Of a stretch of 49,377 bases of DNA, positions 28,325-37,231 are shown in pieces. Numbering within the stretch: position 1 is the stretch's first letter; each line of letters starts with the position of its first letter. The stretch is from positions 1 to 49,377 of the forward strand of contig DASRLB010000087.1 in assembly GCA_035648695.1 (NCBI GenBank), in the 5' to 3' direction. A model generated the notes under the pieces. The model did no database searches. It worked only from the letters and a program-made list of their open reading frames with translations, and had not been told where the DNA came from. Origin of the DNA: Acidobacteriaceae bacterium. GTDB taxonomy: Bacteria > Acidobacteriota > Terriglobia > Terriglobales > Acidobacteriaceae. A program made the translations under genes and the position numbers.

Positions 28325-31300
28325 ATGACTTCACACGACGTATGCGCGCCAAAAGAGCGCGTCAGCCAACTTTCAGGGCTTCACATCAAAAGCCTCCTCC
28401 TCACGCTCGCCTGTTTCTGCCTCTTCGCGTTCGGTCCAGCAACCGTACTGGCGCAGACCGGCGGCGACGGAGCGATCGAAGGGACCGTGACGGACTCCTC
28501 CGGCGCAGCAGTGCCCAACGCCATGGTGACGGCCACCAATGTGGATACCAGCATAGCGACCACGCGGCCGACCTCTTCAGGCGGCCTGTACAACATCGCA
28601 CCGCTGATTCCCGGCCACTACACCATCACCGTAAAAGCCACTGGCTTCGAGGCTTTCGAGCAGCAGCAAGTGGTAATCGACGCGCTGCACACATTCGGAC
28701 TGAATGTCACCTTGAAGGTCGGCACTCCGGATCAGACAGTAACGGTCTCGGACGCTCCGCCAACCCTCGAAACGACCAACGCCACGTTGGGAGGCACCAT
28801 CAACGCCGACGTCTACATGGAGCTTCCACTGCTCGTCTCGGGCAACCAGCAGCGCGATATTACGCAGTTCTCCAACCTGCTTCCCGGCGCACAGCTCAAC
28901 CCCGGAGGCCGGTCCTCCATCATCGGCGGCACCGAGCAGCGGCTCGGCGAAGAGTACCTGGACGGCATCGCACTCACGACCATCAGCCAGCAGGGCGACA
29001 ACCGGCCGGTCTTCAATGTCGTTCCCATGGAGGCAATCTCAGGAATCCAGGTAGTCACCAGCGGCTATTCCGCGGAGTATGAAGGCGCGGGGCTGGAGAA
29101 CTACACGCTCAAGTCGGGCGGAAACAAATACCACGGCACGGTCGCCGACTTTGTCCGCAATACGATCTTCGACGCCTGGGGCTTCACCGCCCCGTGGGCC
29201 ACCGTCACCAACTCCGCTGGCGTGAAGGGCTTCCAGAACGCAGTCGGATCGAAACCCGTAGACCACCAGAACGAGCTCAGCATCAGCTTCGGCGGACCGG
29301 TCATCGTTCCGCACTTCTTCAATGGCCGCGACAAACTGTTCATCCAGGGCACTTACGATAAGCTGCATAGCCGCGCCGCTCCAACGTATGCGTTCGACAC
29401 ACTGCCCACGGCATTGATGCAGCAGGGCAACTTCTGCGAACTCCTTACCCCGGCAAAGGGAGGATGCGGGACCTCGTCCGCTCCCAATTTCCAGCTCTAC
29501 GACCCAACGACTCTCACTTGCCCGACCTCAACCACCTGCACCCGTACGGCTATCGCGGGCAACATCCTTCCCCCGAGCGAGATTTCCCCCATCTCAAAGT
29601 ACCTGCAAAAGTTTCTTCCGCCTCTTACGAATGGGAACCTGACCAGCAACTACCTTGGCGGCATTCCCGGCGGATATGACAACTACCTATGGGCAGGCAA
29701 GGTCGATTACGACATCTCGCCCCGCCAGAGGCTCTCTTTTGCTGCCACCGACGGTCGCCGCCACGCGGTGCCGTTTACTTCAGGGACGGCCAACCTTCCG
29801 CAGCCGTACCTTGCCGCCACACTCTCCACGGTGGTCGGAAGCTTCATCGAAGTGGCGCACACGTTCACCATTTCGCCACACATTGTGAACCAATTCAAAG
29901 CCGGTTACGAGTACTTCGGCGGGCCGCCGGTACAGAACAACACCGAAGGCAACCCTCTCTATGAAGCGACAGCGGCTGGAATCACCGGCCTTCCTCCAGG
30001 CCAAGCCTCGGATGAATTCCCAGGTGTAATCTTCAACGGGACAGATGGTGGAACGGAATGGTCTCAACCGGACGTCACGAACAAAACCGCCAGCCATACC
30101 TTCGATATCGTCGACAACGTCAATTGGGTGCGTGGCAAACATTCGCTCAACCTCGGCATCCAGCTCCAGGATCTGATGGAAAATGCAAGCAGCTTCAACA
30201 GTTTCTCCAACTCCGTCACCTATACCTACAGCCCTAACGAAACGGCCCAGACTGGGACCGCGTACACGCCCGCAACCGGCTTCGCATATGCCAGCTATCT
30301 GCTGGGCGCGGTAAACGCGACCAGCGTTACGCTTCAGCCATTTTCCGACGTAGGCAGCCGCTACCATACGGTTGCTCCGTATGTTCAGGACGACTACAAG
30401 ATCACGTCGAAGTTGACCCTGAACATCGGACTTCGCTGGGACTATCTCCCCGGGTTCCGGGAGGTGCTCGATCGCTGGTCGTTCCTGAACGCGACTCAGA
30501 CCAACCCCTATACGGGCAACCCGGGATCGTTCCAGTTCGCCGGAAATACGGGAGGCGCAGGAGTCAGTTGCGGTTGCCGAACACCGGTACAGACCTATTG
30601 GAAAGACTTTGGCCCTCGTGTTGGCTTCGCCTACTCAATGGATGACAAAACGGTCGTCCGAGGCAGCTTCGGCATCTTGTACTCGCACGGTGGAGGCACG
30701 GGAGGGGCCGGAGCTACCGGCACCGGACAGACCGGCTTCAACACTCCGGTCAGCTTTCCGCTCAACGCCGCCGGCGTGAATGGCAATCCCGTGTTTTATC
30801 TCAATAACAGCAACTACAACGCCCAGCTTAGCAACACCAAGTTCGGCGGCCCTACCTACACTCTCCCGGGTATTACTCCACCCTCGGCAAGCACTCAACT
30901 CACGGCGGGCCTGGTTGGGAACTTCGTGAACGGCGCGGGGGCGTTTGTTAAATCGAATTCCGGTGTGAACTATGCGGACCCCTACTACGGAGATCGCACC
31001 CCGACCTTCTACTTTTTCAACTTCGGCGGGCAGCGTTCGCTCACCAACAATATCACTTTTACAATGAATTACGCCGGTAGCGTCAGCCATTTCCTCGCCG
31101 GCAACGGCAATCTCCGTGGACTACAGTCCGGTCAGGTCAACCCCAAGTATCTCCCACTCGGTGCCCTGCTGACTTCCGCAGCCAACCCGACCAATGTTGC
31201 CGCGGCCCAGGCAATCATCCCGGGATGCTGCGGCACCCCCTACGCCAGTTTCACAGCAGCGGCAATGACATCTGCCGGTTCTACGGTCGCGACTATCGCC

Positions 31301-32272
31301 CAGGGCCTGAAGTGGATGCCGCAATACAGCGGCACTACCGACACCTGGGGCCTGTACTCCGCCAACGCCGCATATAACGCCTTGCAGGCATCGCTTGCTA
31401 TCCGGGCGACTCATGGGCTTACCTTCAACCTCAACTACACTTGGTCCAAGGAAATGGACGACGCCGGCACAATTCGCAGCGGCTTCCCGATACCGGCTGC
31501 GCAAAATGCCACCGGACACGCCTGGAAGGCCGACCGCATCGACCGCTCTCTGAGCACCATCGATTCGCCTCAGAATATCGAAGCATATGGCGTTTACAAA
31601 TTGCCGTTCGGCAAGGGCCACCTTGGCGGTGACCACTTCATCGTCAGGGCGCTGGCCGGAGGATGGGAATTTTCCAGCATCGTGACCTACTCTTCGGGGT
31701 ACCCTTTGTTGCTCACCTCCACATCCTGCACGGGCACCACTCTTCCCAACCAGGGAACATGCATGCCTGACATGAACCCGAACTTCCACGGCCCGATCAT
31801 GAACGACAAGTGGCGTCACAACATTACCGCGCTGACATTGGGCACGAAGCAGTACATCAACGGAGGTTTGAACGGCGCTGTTGGATTCAATAATTCAACC
31901 GTTGCGGGGTCCGGTGGACAAATAACTGTAGGGGGCGTCACCACACAGGTCCCCTGCGCCTCCAGCGGAGCACCGTTTTGCAATCCTTCGCCCTTTATGA
32001 TCGGCGATGCTCCCCGTACAGGCGCGTTCGGTCTAAAAACACCGGGCAACTTTCGCCTCGCAAGTGGCATTCGACGTGTTTTTCCCATCAGGGAAGGCAT
32101 CTTCTTCACCTTCGGCGTGGACTGCCAGAACGTGACGAACTCGGTCACCTTCGGCGAACAAGTCGGTAACCTCTCCATCCCAACCGGAATCAATACTTCG
32201 AATTACGGCACTCTCAACTTCGCGAGCGGAGATCCTCGCGACTTCCAATTCTCAGGGCGTCTCTCCTTCTAG
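28325..32272 (+). CDS. TonB-dependent receptor, Oar-like with N-terminal carboxypeptidase-regulatory-like domain
   Basis: Signal peptide, IEGTVTDSSGAAVPNA N-domain, KSGGNKYHG, YVQDDYKI..LTLNIGLRWDY, FGPRVGFAY and terminal PRDFQFSGRLSF; SD GGAGG before ATG 28325. Confidence 0.93.
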   Translation: MTSHDVCAPKERVSQLSGLHIKSLLLTLACFCLFAFGPATVLAQTGGDGAIEGTVTDSSGAAVPNAMVTATNVDTSIATTRPTSSGGLYNIAPLIPGHYTITVKATGFEAFEQQQVVIDALHTFGLNVTLKVGTPDQTVTVSDAPPTLETTNATLGGTINADVYMELPLLVSGNQQRDITQFSNLLPGAQLNPGGRSSIIGGTEQRLGEEYLDGIALTTISQQGDNRPVFNVVPMEAISGIQVVTSGYSAEYEGAGLENYTLKSGGNKYHGTVADFVRNTIFDAWGFTAPWATVTNSAGVKGFQNAVGSKPVDHQNELSISFGGPVIVPHFFNGRDKLFIQGTYDKLHSRAAPTYAFDTLPTALMQQGNFCELLTPAKGGCGTSSAPNFQLYDPTTLTCPTSTTCTRTAIAGNILPPSEISPISKYLQKFLPPLTNGNLTSNYLGGIPGGYDNYLWAGKVDYDISPRQRLSFAATDGRRHAVPFTSGTANLPQPYLAATLSTVVGSFIEVAHTFTISPHIVNQFKAGYEYFGGPPVQNNTEGNPLYEATAAGITGLPPGQASDEFPGVIFNGTDGGTEWSQPDVTNKTASHTFDIVDNVNWVRGKHSLNLGIQLQDLMENASSFNSFSNSVTYTYSPNETAQTGTAYTPATGFAYASYLLGAVNATSVTLQPFSDVGSRYHTVAPYVQDDYKITSKLTLNIGLRWDYLPGFREVLDRWSFLNATQTNPYTGNPGSFQFAGNTGGAGVSCGCRTPVQTYWKDFGPRVGFAYSMDDKTVVRGSFGILYSHGGGTGGAGATGTGQTGFNTPVSFPLNAAGVNGNPVFYLNNSNYNAQLSNTKFGGPTYTLPGITPPSASTQLTAGLVGNFVNGAGAFVKSNSGVNYADPYYGDRTPTFYFFNFGGQRSLTNNITFTMNYAGSVSHFLAGNGNLRGLQSGQVNPKYLPLGALLTSAANPTNVAAAQAIIPGCCGTPYASFTAAAMTSAGSTVATIAQGLKWMPQYSGTTDTWGLYSANAAYNALQASLAIRATHGLTFNLNYTWSKEMDDAGTIRSGFPIPAAQNATGHAWKADRIDRSLSTIDSPQNIEAYGVYKLPFGKGHLGGDHFIVRALAGGWEFSSIVTYSSGYPLLLTSTSCTGTTLPNQGTCMPDMNPNFHGPIMNDKWRHNITALTLGTKQYINGGLNGAVGFNNSTVAGSGGQITVGGVTTQVPCASSGAPFCNPSPFMIGDAPRTGAFGLKTPGNFRLASGIRRVFPIREGIFFTFGVDCQNVTNSVTFGEQVGNLSIPTGINTSNYGTLNFASGDPRDFQFSGRLSF

Positions 32273-32296
32273 CTCCTGGCCCGCATGCTATCCCTG

Positions 32297-32330
32297 AGGC
32301 CGGCGGCACGCAACATCGTGCCGCCGGCCT
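32297..32330 (+). other. 14-bp perfect GC-rich hairpin between the receptor and lyase genes
   Basis: AGGCCGGCGGCACG-caacat-CGTGCCGCCGGCCT; no long U tract. Confidence 0.7.
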
Positions 32331-32368
32331 TAGCCATTCCCAAGTGCCACAAGCGCCGAGGTGCTCCC

Positions 32369-33688
32369 TTGAAACTCCCCATATTCCGTTGCTTCCCACT
32401 ACTGTTTGCGGCTGCGCTGCTTGCACAGACTGCCTCCGCGCAAGGCTACCCAAGGCCTAAGGACACGCGTTCGGCCGAAAACATGCCCACGGCCGCAGAG
32501 CTCAAAAACCCGCCCAAATCCTGGATCGACAAGGACACCGGCCACCGCATCGTCCGCCTTACGGATGAGCCCGGCTCCGCCAGTTTTTACTTCAACGTCA
32601 ACGCCTACACCCCCGCCGGCGATGAGATGATCTACACCACGCACGAGGGCATCTCCGTGCTCAACCTCAAGACATGGAAGACCCGCTCCGTCGTGCAGGG
32701 ACGTGTCCGCGCCATCGTCGTCGGACACAAGACGCCCAGCGTCTTCTACATCAAGCCGGAAGAGAACGCCCTCTACGTCACCAATGTCGATACCGGCGCC
32801 ACGCGCATGGTGGGCAAGGTTCCACCGCATGGCAACATTGCAACCGTCAACGCCGACGAGACCCTGGCCGCCGGCACCTACGACGAGGTTGCCGCTCCCG
32901 GCAAGCAGTACAACGCAGCCGCCAAAGCGGGCGGCTCGCAGGTCAGCCCGCTCGAACAGCCCGCCAACAAGGGCGAAATGATGGTCCGCCGCCTCGCCGC
33001 GCGCATCCCGCTGGTGCTTTACACGCTCAACCTCAACGACGGCAAGATCACGGCGCTCCAACACAGCACCGACTGGGTCAACCACCTGCTTTTCTCTCCC
33101 AGCGATCCCAACGTCCTCATGTACTGCCACGAAGGCCCCTGGCAGGCCGTCGACCGCATCTGGACCATCCGCACCGACGGCACCCACAACAAGCTCATGC
33201 ACGAGCGCCACATGGCCATGGAGATCGCAGGCCACGAGTTCTGGGGACAGAACGGCGAGACCGTCTACTACGACCTCCAAACCCCCAAGGGCCAGGACTT
33301 CTTCCTCGCCTCGCTGAACCTCACCGACGGCGCACGCACCTGGTACCACCTCGAACGCAACGAGTGGTCCATCCACTTCAACGTCTACAACGACGGCCTG
33401 CTCTTTGCAGGCGACGGCGGCAACCCCGGTCAGGTCGCAAAAGCCCCCGACGGCGAATGGATTTACCTTTTCCGCCCCGAACTGATAAAGAACACCGGCA
33501 TCGCCAACAAGGACTTCGTCAACCCCGGCGTCCTGCACGCCGAAAAGCTCGTCAACATGCGCAAGCACAACTACACGCTCGAACCCAACGTCAGCTTTAC
33601 CCCTGACGGCAAGATGGTAATCTTCCGCTCCAACATGTTCGGCCCCACGTATGTCTTCGGAGTCGAGGTCGCAAGGGCCACGCCATAA
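32369..33688 (+). CDS. ogl: Oligogalacturonate lyase family protein (PL22), secreted
   Basis: DTGHRIVRLT, YFNVN, WVNHLLFSP, YCHEGPW..VDRIW and HEFW motifs with beta-propeller end; TTG start after SD GAGGTG; signal peptide. Confidence 0.85.
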   Translation: MKLPIFRCFPLLFAAALLAQTASAQGYPRPKDTRSAENMPTAAELKNPPKSWIDKDTGHRIVRLTDEPGSASFYFNVNAYTPAGDEMIYTTHEGISVLNLKTWKTRSVVQGRVRAIVVGHKTPSVFYIKPEENALYVTNVDTGATRMVGKVPPHGNIATVNADETLAAGTYDEVAAPGKQYNAAAKAGGSQVSPLEQPANKGEMMVRRLAARIPLVLYTLNLNDGKITALQHSTDWVNHLLFSPSDPNVLMYCHEGPWQAVDRIWTIRTDGTHNKLMHERHMAMEIAGHEFWGQNGETVYYDLQTPKGQDFFLASLNLTDGARTWYHLERNEWSIHFNVYNDGLLFAGDGGNPGQVAKAPDGEWIYLFRPELIKNTGIANKDFVNPGVLHAEKLVNMRKHNYTLEPNVSFTPDGKMVIFRSNMFGPTYVFGVEVARATP

Positions 33689-33706
33689 TCTCAACCGCCA
33701 GTCTTT

Positions 33707-33741
33707 ACTGGTAACTCGTAACTGGCAACTCGTAGCTCATA
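33707..33741. repeat. Five-copy heptamer array (ACTSGYA)
   Basis: actggta actcgta actggca actcgta gctcata, between convergent genes. Confidence 0.75.
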
Positions 33742-33752
33742 ATCAACCCAGG

Positions 33753-33773
33753 GGTGTCGGCATAACCGACACC
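33753..33773. terminator. Hairpin between convergent ogl and GH105 genes
   Basis: GGTGTCGG-cataa-CCGACACC. Confidence 0.55.
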
Positions 33774-33775
33774 AA

Positions 33776-35788
33776 TCAGTTGGCGACGTAAGCATTCACC
33801 GCTTTACCCTTCGCCGAAAAATCCTTCGCCACCGGATTTTTCGGCAACGCCTTCAGCCCCGCAACAACGCTCTCCGCATTCATCACAGCACCCGCCAGTG
33901 TCGTATGAGTATGCGGATCGCCGAACAGCGGTTCCACCGCCGCCTCACCCAGAGCATCATACTTCCGAGCTGTAATTTCGTTCAGGTCGACAAACCCCAC
34001 ATGCTCCTTCTCCGCCACCTCGCGCGCCCATCCGCCATACGAGTCGGCTCCGCGAACGATCTTCCCATCCTTCCAGATTTTCCGCGGAACCAGCGAGCAG
34101 ATGATCGGCGTTGCCCCCTTCACCTTCGTCTCCTCAACATACTGCGTCATATACCAGCCAAAGGTATGGACCACTTCCTGCTTCTTCGTAATCGGATTGA
34201 AAATTTCCTTCGACTCATCGCCGACTCCGTTGATGCTGCCCCGCGCTCGCGCCGCATCGTCGAGCGGCCCACTATCGTTGTGCCCAAACTGAAACAGCAC
34301 CACATCTCCCGGCTTGATCAGCTTCAGCGTCTCCGCCCAATGTCCCTCGGTAATGTACGTCCGTGAGCTGCGCCCGCCAATCGCGCGATTGACGACATTC
34401 ACCTTCTTCGTATCGAAGTAAGCCACGAACGGCTCGCCCCACCCCATCTGGTTATTCGCCCCGTCCCCGCGCCCATTCCGCACCGTCGAATCTCCCACCA
34501 GAAAGATCGACGGCAGCTTCGGATTGGCCGGCGTCGGCAACCCAAAGTTGGCCGACCGCCCCGGATCGGTATTGACAGCCGCGACCTCCGGATGCTGCAC
34601 CGCCATCCGTTTCATCTCACTCGCCGCCAGCAGAAACCCGCCAACGCCGTACGTATAACTCGCCGAAGGCAGATAAAGCGCCGGCGCCGGCCCTGTCTGC
34701 TGAATGCAGCCCAACCGCCCGTCCGCATACACATGACGCAACATTCCAGCCCATGCCTTCGCGATCACCGGCCGATACGTCGCCGCATCCAGCACACCCT
34801 CATTCACGCCCCAGGCCATGCCATAAACAATCAACGCCGAGCCCGAAATCTCCGGCAGCGGATAGTGCTCGGGATCGAGCAGCCCCGCATGCCACAGGCC
34901 ATCTTTGCTCTGCAACTCGGCCAGGCGCGCGGACAACTCGCGAAGGTTCTGTACATAGAACCCGCGCCGCGGATCATCCTTGGGCAGGTACTGTAAGGTG
35001 CGCACCAGGCCGCCCATAACCCAACCTTCGCCGCGCGACCAGAAAATCTTCTTCCCGTTGGCCTCGCGTTTGGGAATGTAAGACACATCGCGCACGTACA
35101 TATGCTCGTCTTTGTCCCACAGCTCGTCGTAGGTCCTCTGCCAATTGGTATTCAGATACTCGATGTACTTGTGGTCTCCGGTCGCCGCATACATCCGCGC
35201 CCACACCGGCGGCGCCATAAACAGCGAATCGCACCACCACCACGGGATCCTCGGATCGCCCGGCTTAAGCGTCGCAAATCCGATCACCGAGTCCAGATCG
35301 GCGCGCGTCGGCGCAATCATCGCCGGGTCCTTCTTGCCGCCCTCCAGATACAACTCCAGGTAAGTCTGCCCGATACTCTGATCGTCGGCGTTCGACAGCT
35401 TGCTGCGCTCGGTCCAATCGAACTTCTTCGCCATCGCCGTCATCGCATCGCGGTATTTCGCATCGCCCGTCTCATCCGACGTCGCGATAAAGCCGCTGTA
35501 GAGCGCGCTCCACGTCCATATCCGATCGAAGTAAGGCTGCGCCCGCGCCAGCTGCCAATCCGCCACTTTCCGCGCCGCCGCATCGATCGCCGCAGGTGTG
35601 ATGGCCGGTGAAAGATCGGTCGCAATCGGCCCCGGGTCCGCCGGCGAGTCGCCAAAATGACGCGAAATGTCCTTGTCGATTCCCTGCTGCTGCTCCGGCG
35701 TCGGCAGCGGATACTTCTGCGCGCAAGCCGTCGCACCTCCAATAGTCATCGCCACAAATAGGACACTTGCGCCCATACGTACGTTCAT
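33776..35788 (-). CDS. Fusion of GH105 unsaturated rhamnogalacturonyl hydrolase and CE12 rhamnogalacturonan acetylesterase
   Basis: N-domain NADD, WWWCDSLFMAPP, FWSRGEGW, EISGSA and YGVGGFLLA; C-domain SGNH motifs VGDSTV, GWG, NRAIGGRSSR, QFGHND and DxTHT-like; start MNVRMG with SD GAGGAG. Confidence 0.88.
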   Translation of the reverse strand: MNVRMGASVLFVAMTIGGATACAQKYPLPTPEQQQGIDKDISRHFGDSPADPGPIATDLSPAITPAAIDAAARKVADWQLARAQPYFDRIWTWSALYSGFIATSDETGDAKYRDAMTAMAKKFDWTERSKLSNADDQSIGQTYLELYLEGGKKDPAMIAPTRADLDSVIGFATLKPGDPRIPWWWCDSLFMAPPVWARMYAATGDHKYIEYLNTNWQRTYDELWDKDEHMYVRDVSYIPKREANGKKIFWSRGEGWVMGGLVRTLQYLPKDDPRRGFYVQNLRELSARLAELQSKDGLWHAGLLDPEHYPLPEISGSALIVYGMAWGVNEGVLDAATYRPVIAKAWAGMLRHVYADGRLGCIQQTGPAPALYLPSASYTYGVGGFLLAASEMKRMAVQHPEVAAVNTDPGRSANFGLPTPANPKLPSIFLVGDSTVRNGRGDGANNQMGWGEPFVAYFDTKKVNVVNRAIGGRSSRTYITEGHWAETLKLIKPGDVVLFQFGHNDSGPLDDAARARGSINGVGDESKEIFNPITKKQEVVHTFGWYMTQYVEETKVKGATPIICSLVPRKIWKDGKIVRGADSYGGWAREVAEKEHVGFVDLNEITARKYDALGEAAVEPLFGDPHTHTTLAGAVMNAESVVAGLKALPKNPVAKDFSAKGKAVNAYVAN

Positions 35789-35793
35789 TTCGT

Positions 35794-37227
35794 CTACTCC
35801 TCGTATCCCGCGTTCGCCCCGGCTTTCGCCGTCGACGGCGCCCCGCCCGCAGGCAATCCAACAATGTTGCTCGTATCCTTCAACGCGACTGCGCTTCCAT
35901 CCGCGATATCCAGCTTGATATTTTTGAACGTCCAATCCTTCGCATCGGAGATGTGCCCAGCGGTCTTCGCCTGCACATCGAGATTCTCAATATGCACATC
36001 GTCGATCGGCGCCTTCGCATTTCCATTCACGTCGAACACCTGCTTCGCTCCGGTTGCCTTGACATTCCAGATATGAATATCGTGAAAGTGCGCAATCCCT
36101 TTCCCTTCCGGCACGGGAGTCGCCAGGACCGCATAATACGGCGGCACATCTTTGAGCCCATCGGGAATTTTCGCGTAGCTGTAACTCGGATTCCAATCCA
36201 TCGTAAATCGGATGACCGTCGGCGTATCCTCCATCACAATGTCGTGGATGCGAATATTCTCGCCAAACCCGCCGCGCATACGCGACGACTTGAACAGAAT
36301 CCCCGCAGGCACACCCTTCAGCGTCTTCAGGTTGTAGATCTCGATATTCCGAAAGCCCCCCGAAGTCTCGCTCCCAAACGTCACACCCGCCGCGCCGACG
36401 CGAATAATCGAATCGCGGATCACAACATCTTCCGTCGGCCGGTTGACCCGCAGTCCATCCGCATCGCGTCCGGCTTTCAAACACAACGCATCGTCATTGT
36501 TTTCAATATCGACGTGAGCCACAAGAATCTTCTTCGACGAGTCGATATCGATCCCATCGGTGCTCGGTCCATGTCCACCCTCGTTATTGCGAATCGTGAC
36601 TCCATCGACAGTCACGTCCTCCGAGTAGCAAATGTGGACCGTCCAGAATCCCGACCGCCGCAGCGTCAACCCACCCAGCTTCACGCCGGAAGACTTGTAA
36701 ATCTGCATCAACCGCGGCCGCTTCGCGTCGTAATCCGAAGCCCAGCGCAGCCCCTTCGGCTCGTCAATCTTTCGCAGCGCCCAGTAGCTGTCCCAGAAAA
36801 TTTTGCCATTGCCGTCGATCGTCCCTTCGCCGGTGATCGCAGCATTTTTCTGCTCATACACATTCACCAGCGCCGCCGGCCACACCATCTCGATGCCCGC
36901 GATGCGGGTCGGCATCTCCGGATAATCCTCCAACCTCTGCGACCCCATCAGCGTCACGCCCTTACCAACATCCAGCGTTACACCGCTCTTCACAAAAATC
37001 GAGCCGGTCAAATAAGTGCTCGCCGGAAAAGTAACCGTCCCTCCGCGCTTGGCCGCCGCATCAATCGCATGTTGAATCGCAACCGTATCCAGCGCAGTGC
37101 CGTCGCCCTTGGCTCCAAACTTTGCCACGCTGAACGTCTTGCCACCCGGCGCTAATGCGACCGCGGACAAACAACTCGTCGCCGCCAGCAACACCCACAA
37201 GCAGCACTTGGAAACATTGAATTGCAT
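35794..37227 (-). CDS. GH28 polygalacturonase-family glycoside hydrolase
   Basis: FGAKGDG, GTIDGNG, STDGIDID, NDDALCLKAG and GSETSGG motifs; signal peptide. Confidence 0.92.
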   Translation of the reverse strand: MQFNVSKCCLWVLLAATSCLSAVALAPGGKTFSVAKFGAKGDGTALDTVAIQHAIDAAAKRGGTVTFPASTYLTGSIFVKSGVTLDVGKGVTLMGSQRLEDYPEMPTRIAGIEMVWPAALVNVYEQKNAAITGEGTIDGNGKIFWDSYWALRKIDEPKGLRWASDYDAKRPRLMQIYKSSGVKLGGLTLRRSGFWTVHICYSEDVTVDGVTIRNNEGGHGPSTDGIDIDSSKKILVAHVDIENNDDALCLKAGRDADGLRVNRPTEDVVIRDSIIRVGAAGVTFGSETSGGFRNIEIYNLKTLKGVPAGILFKSSRMRGGFGENIRIHDIVMEDTPTVIRFTMDWNPSYSYAKIPDGLKDVPPYYAVLATPVPEGKGIAHFHDIHIWNVKATGAKQVFDVNGNAKAPIDDVHIENLDVQAKTAGHISDAKDWTFKNIKLDIADGSAVALKDTSNIVGLPAGGAPSTAKAGANAGYEE

Positions 37228-37231
37228 ACGA

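Noticed and set aside
35767-37155. 462-aa plus-strand ORF opposite the GH28 gene
   Set aside because: Antisense shadow of a gene with clear GH28 catalytic motifs.
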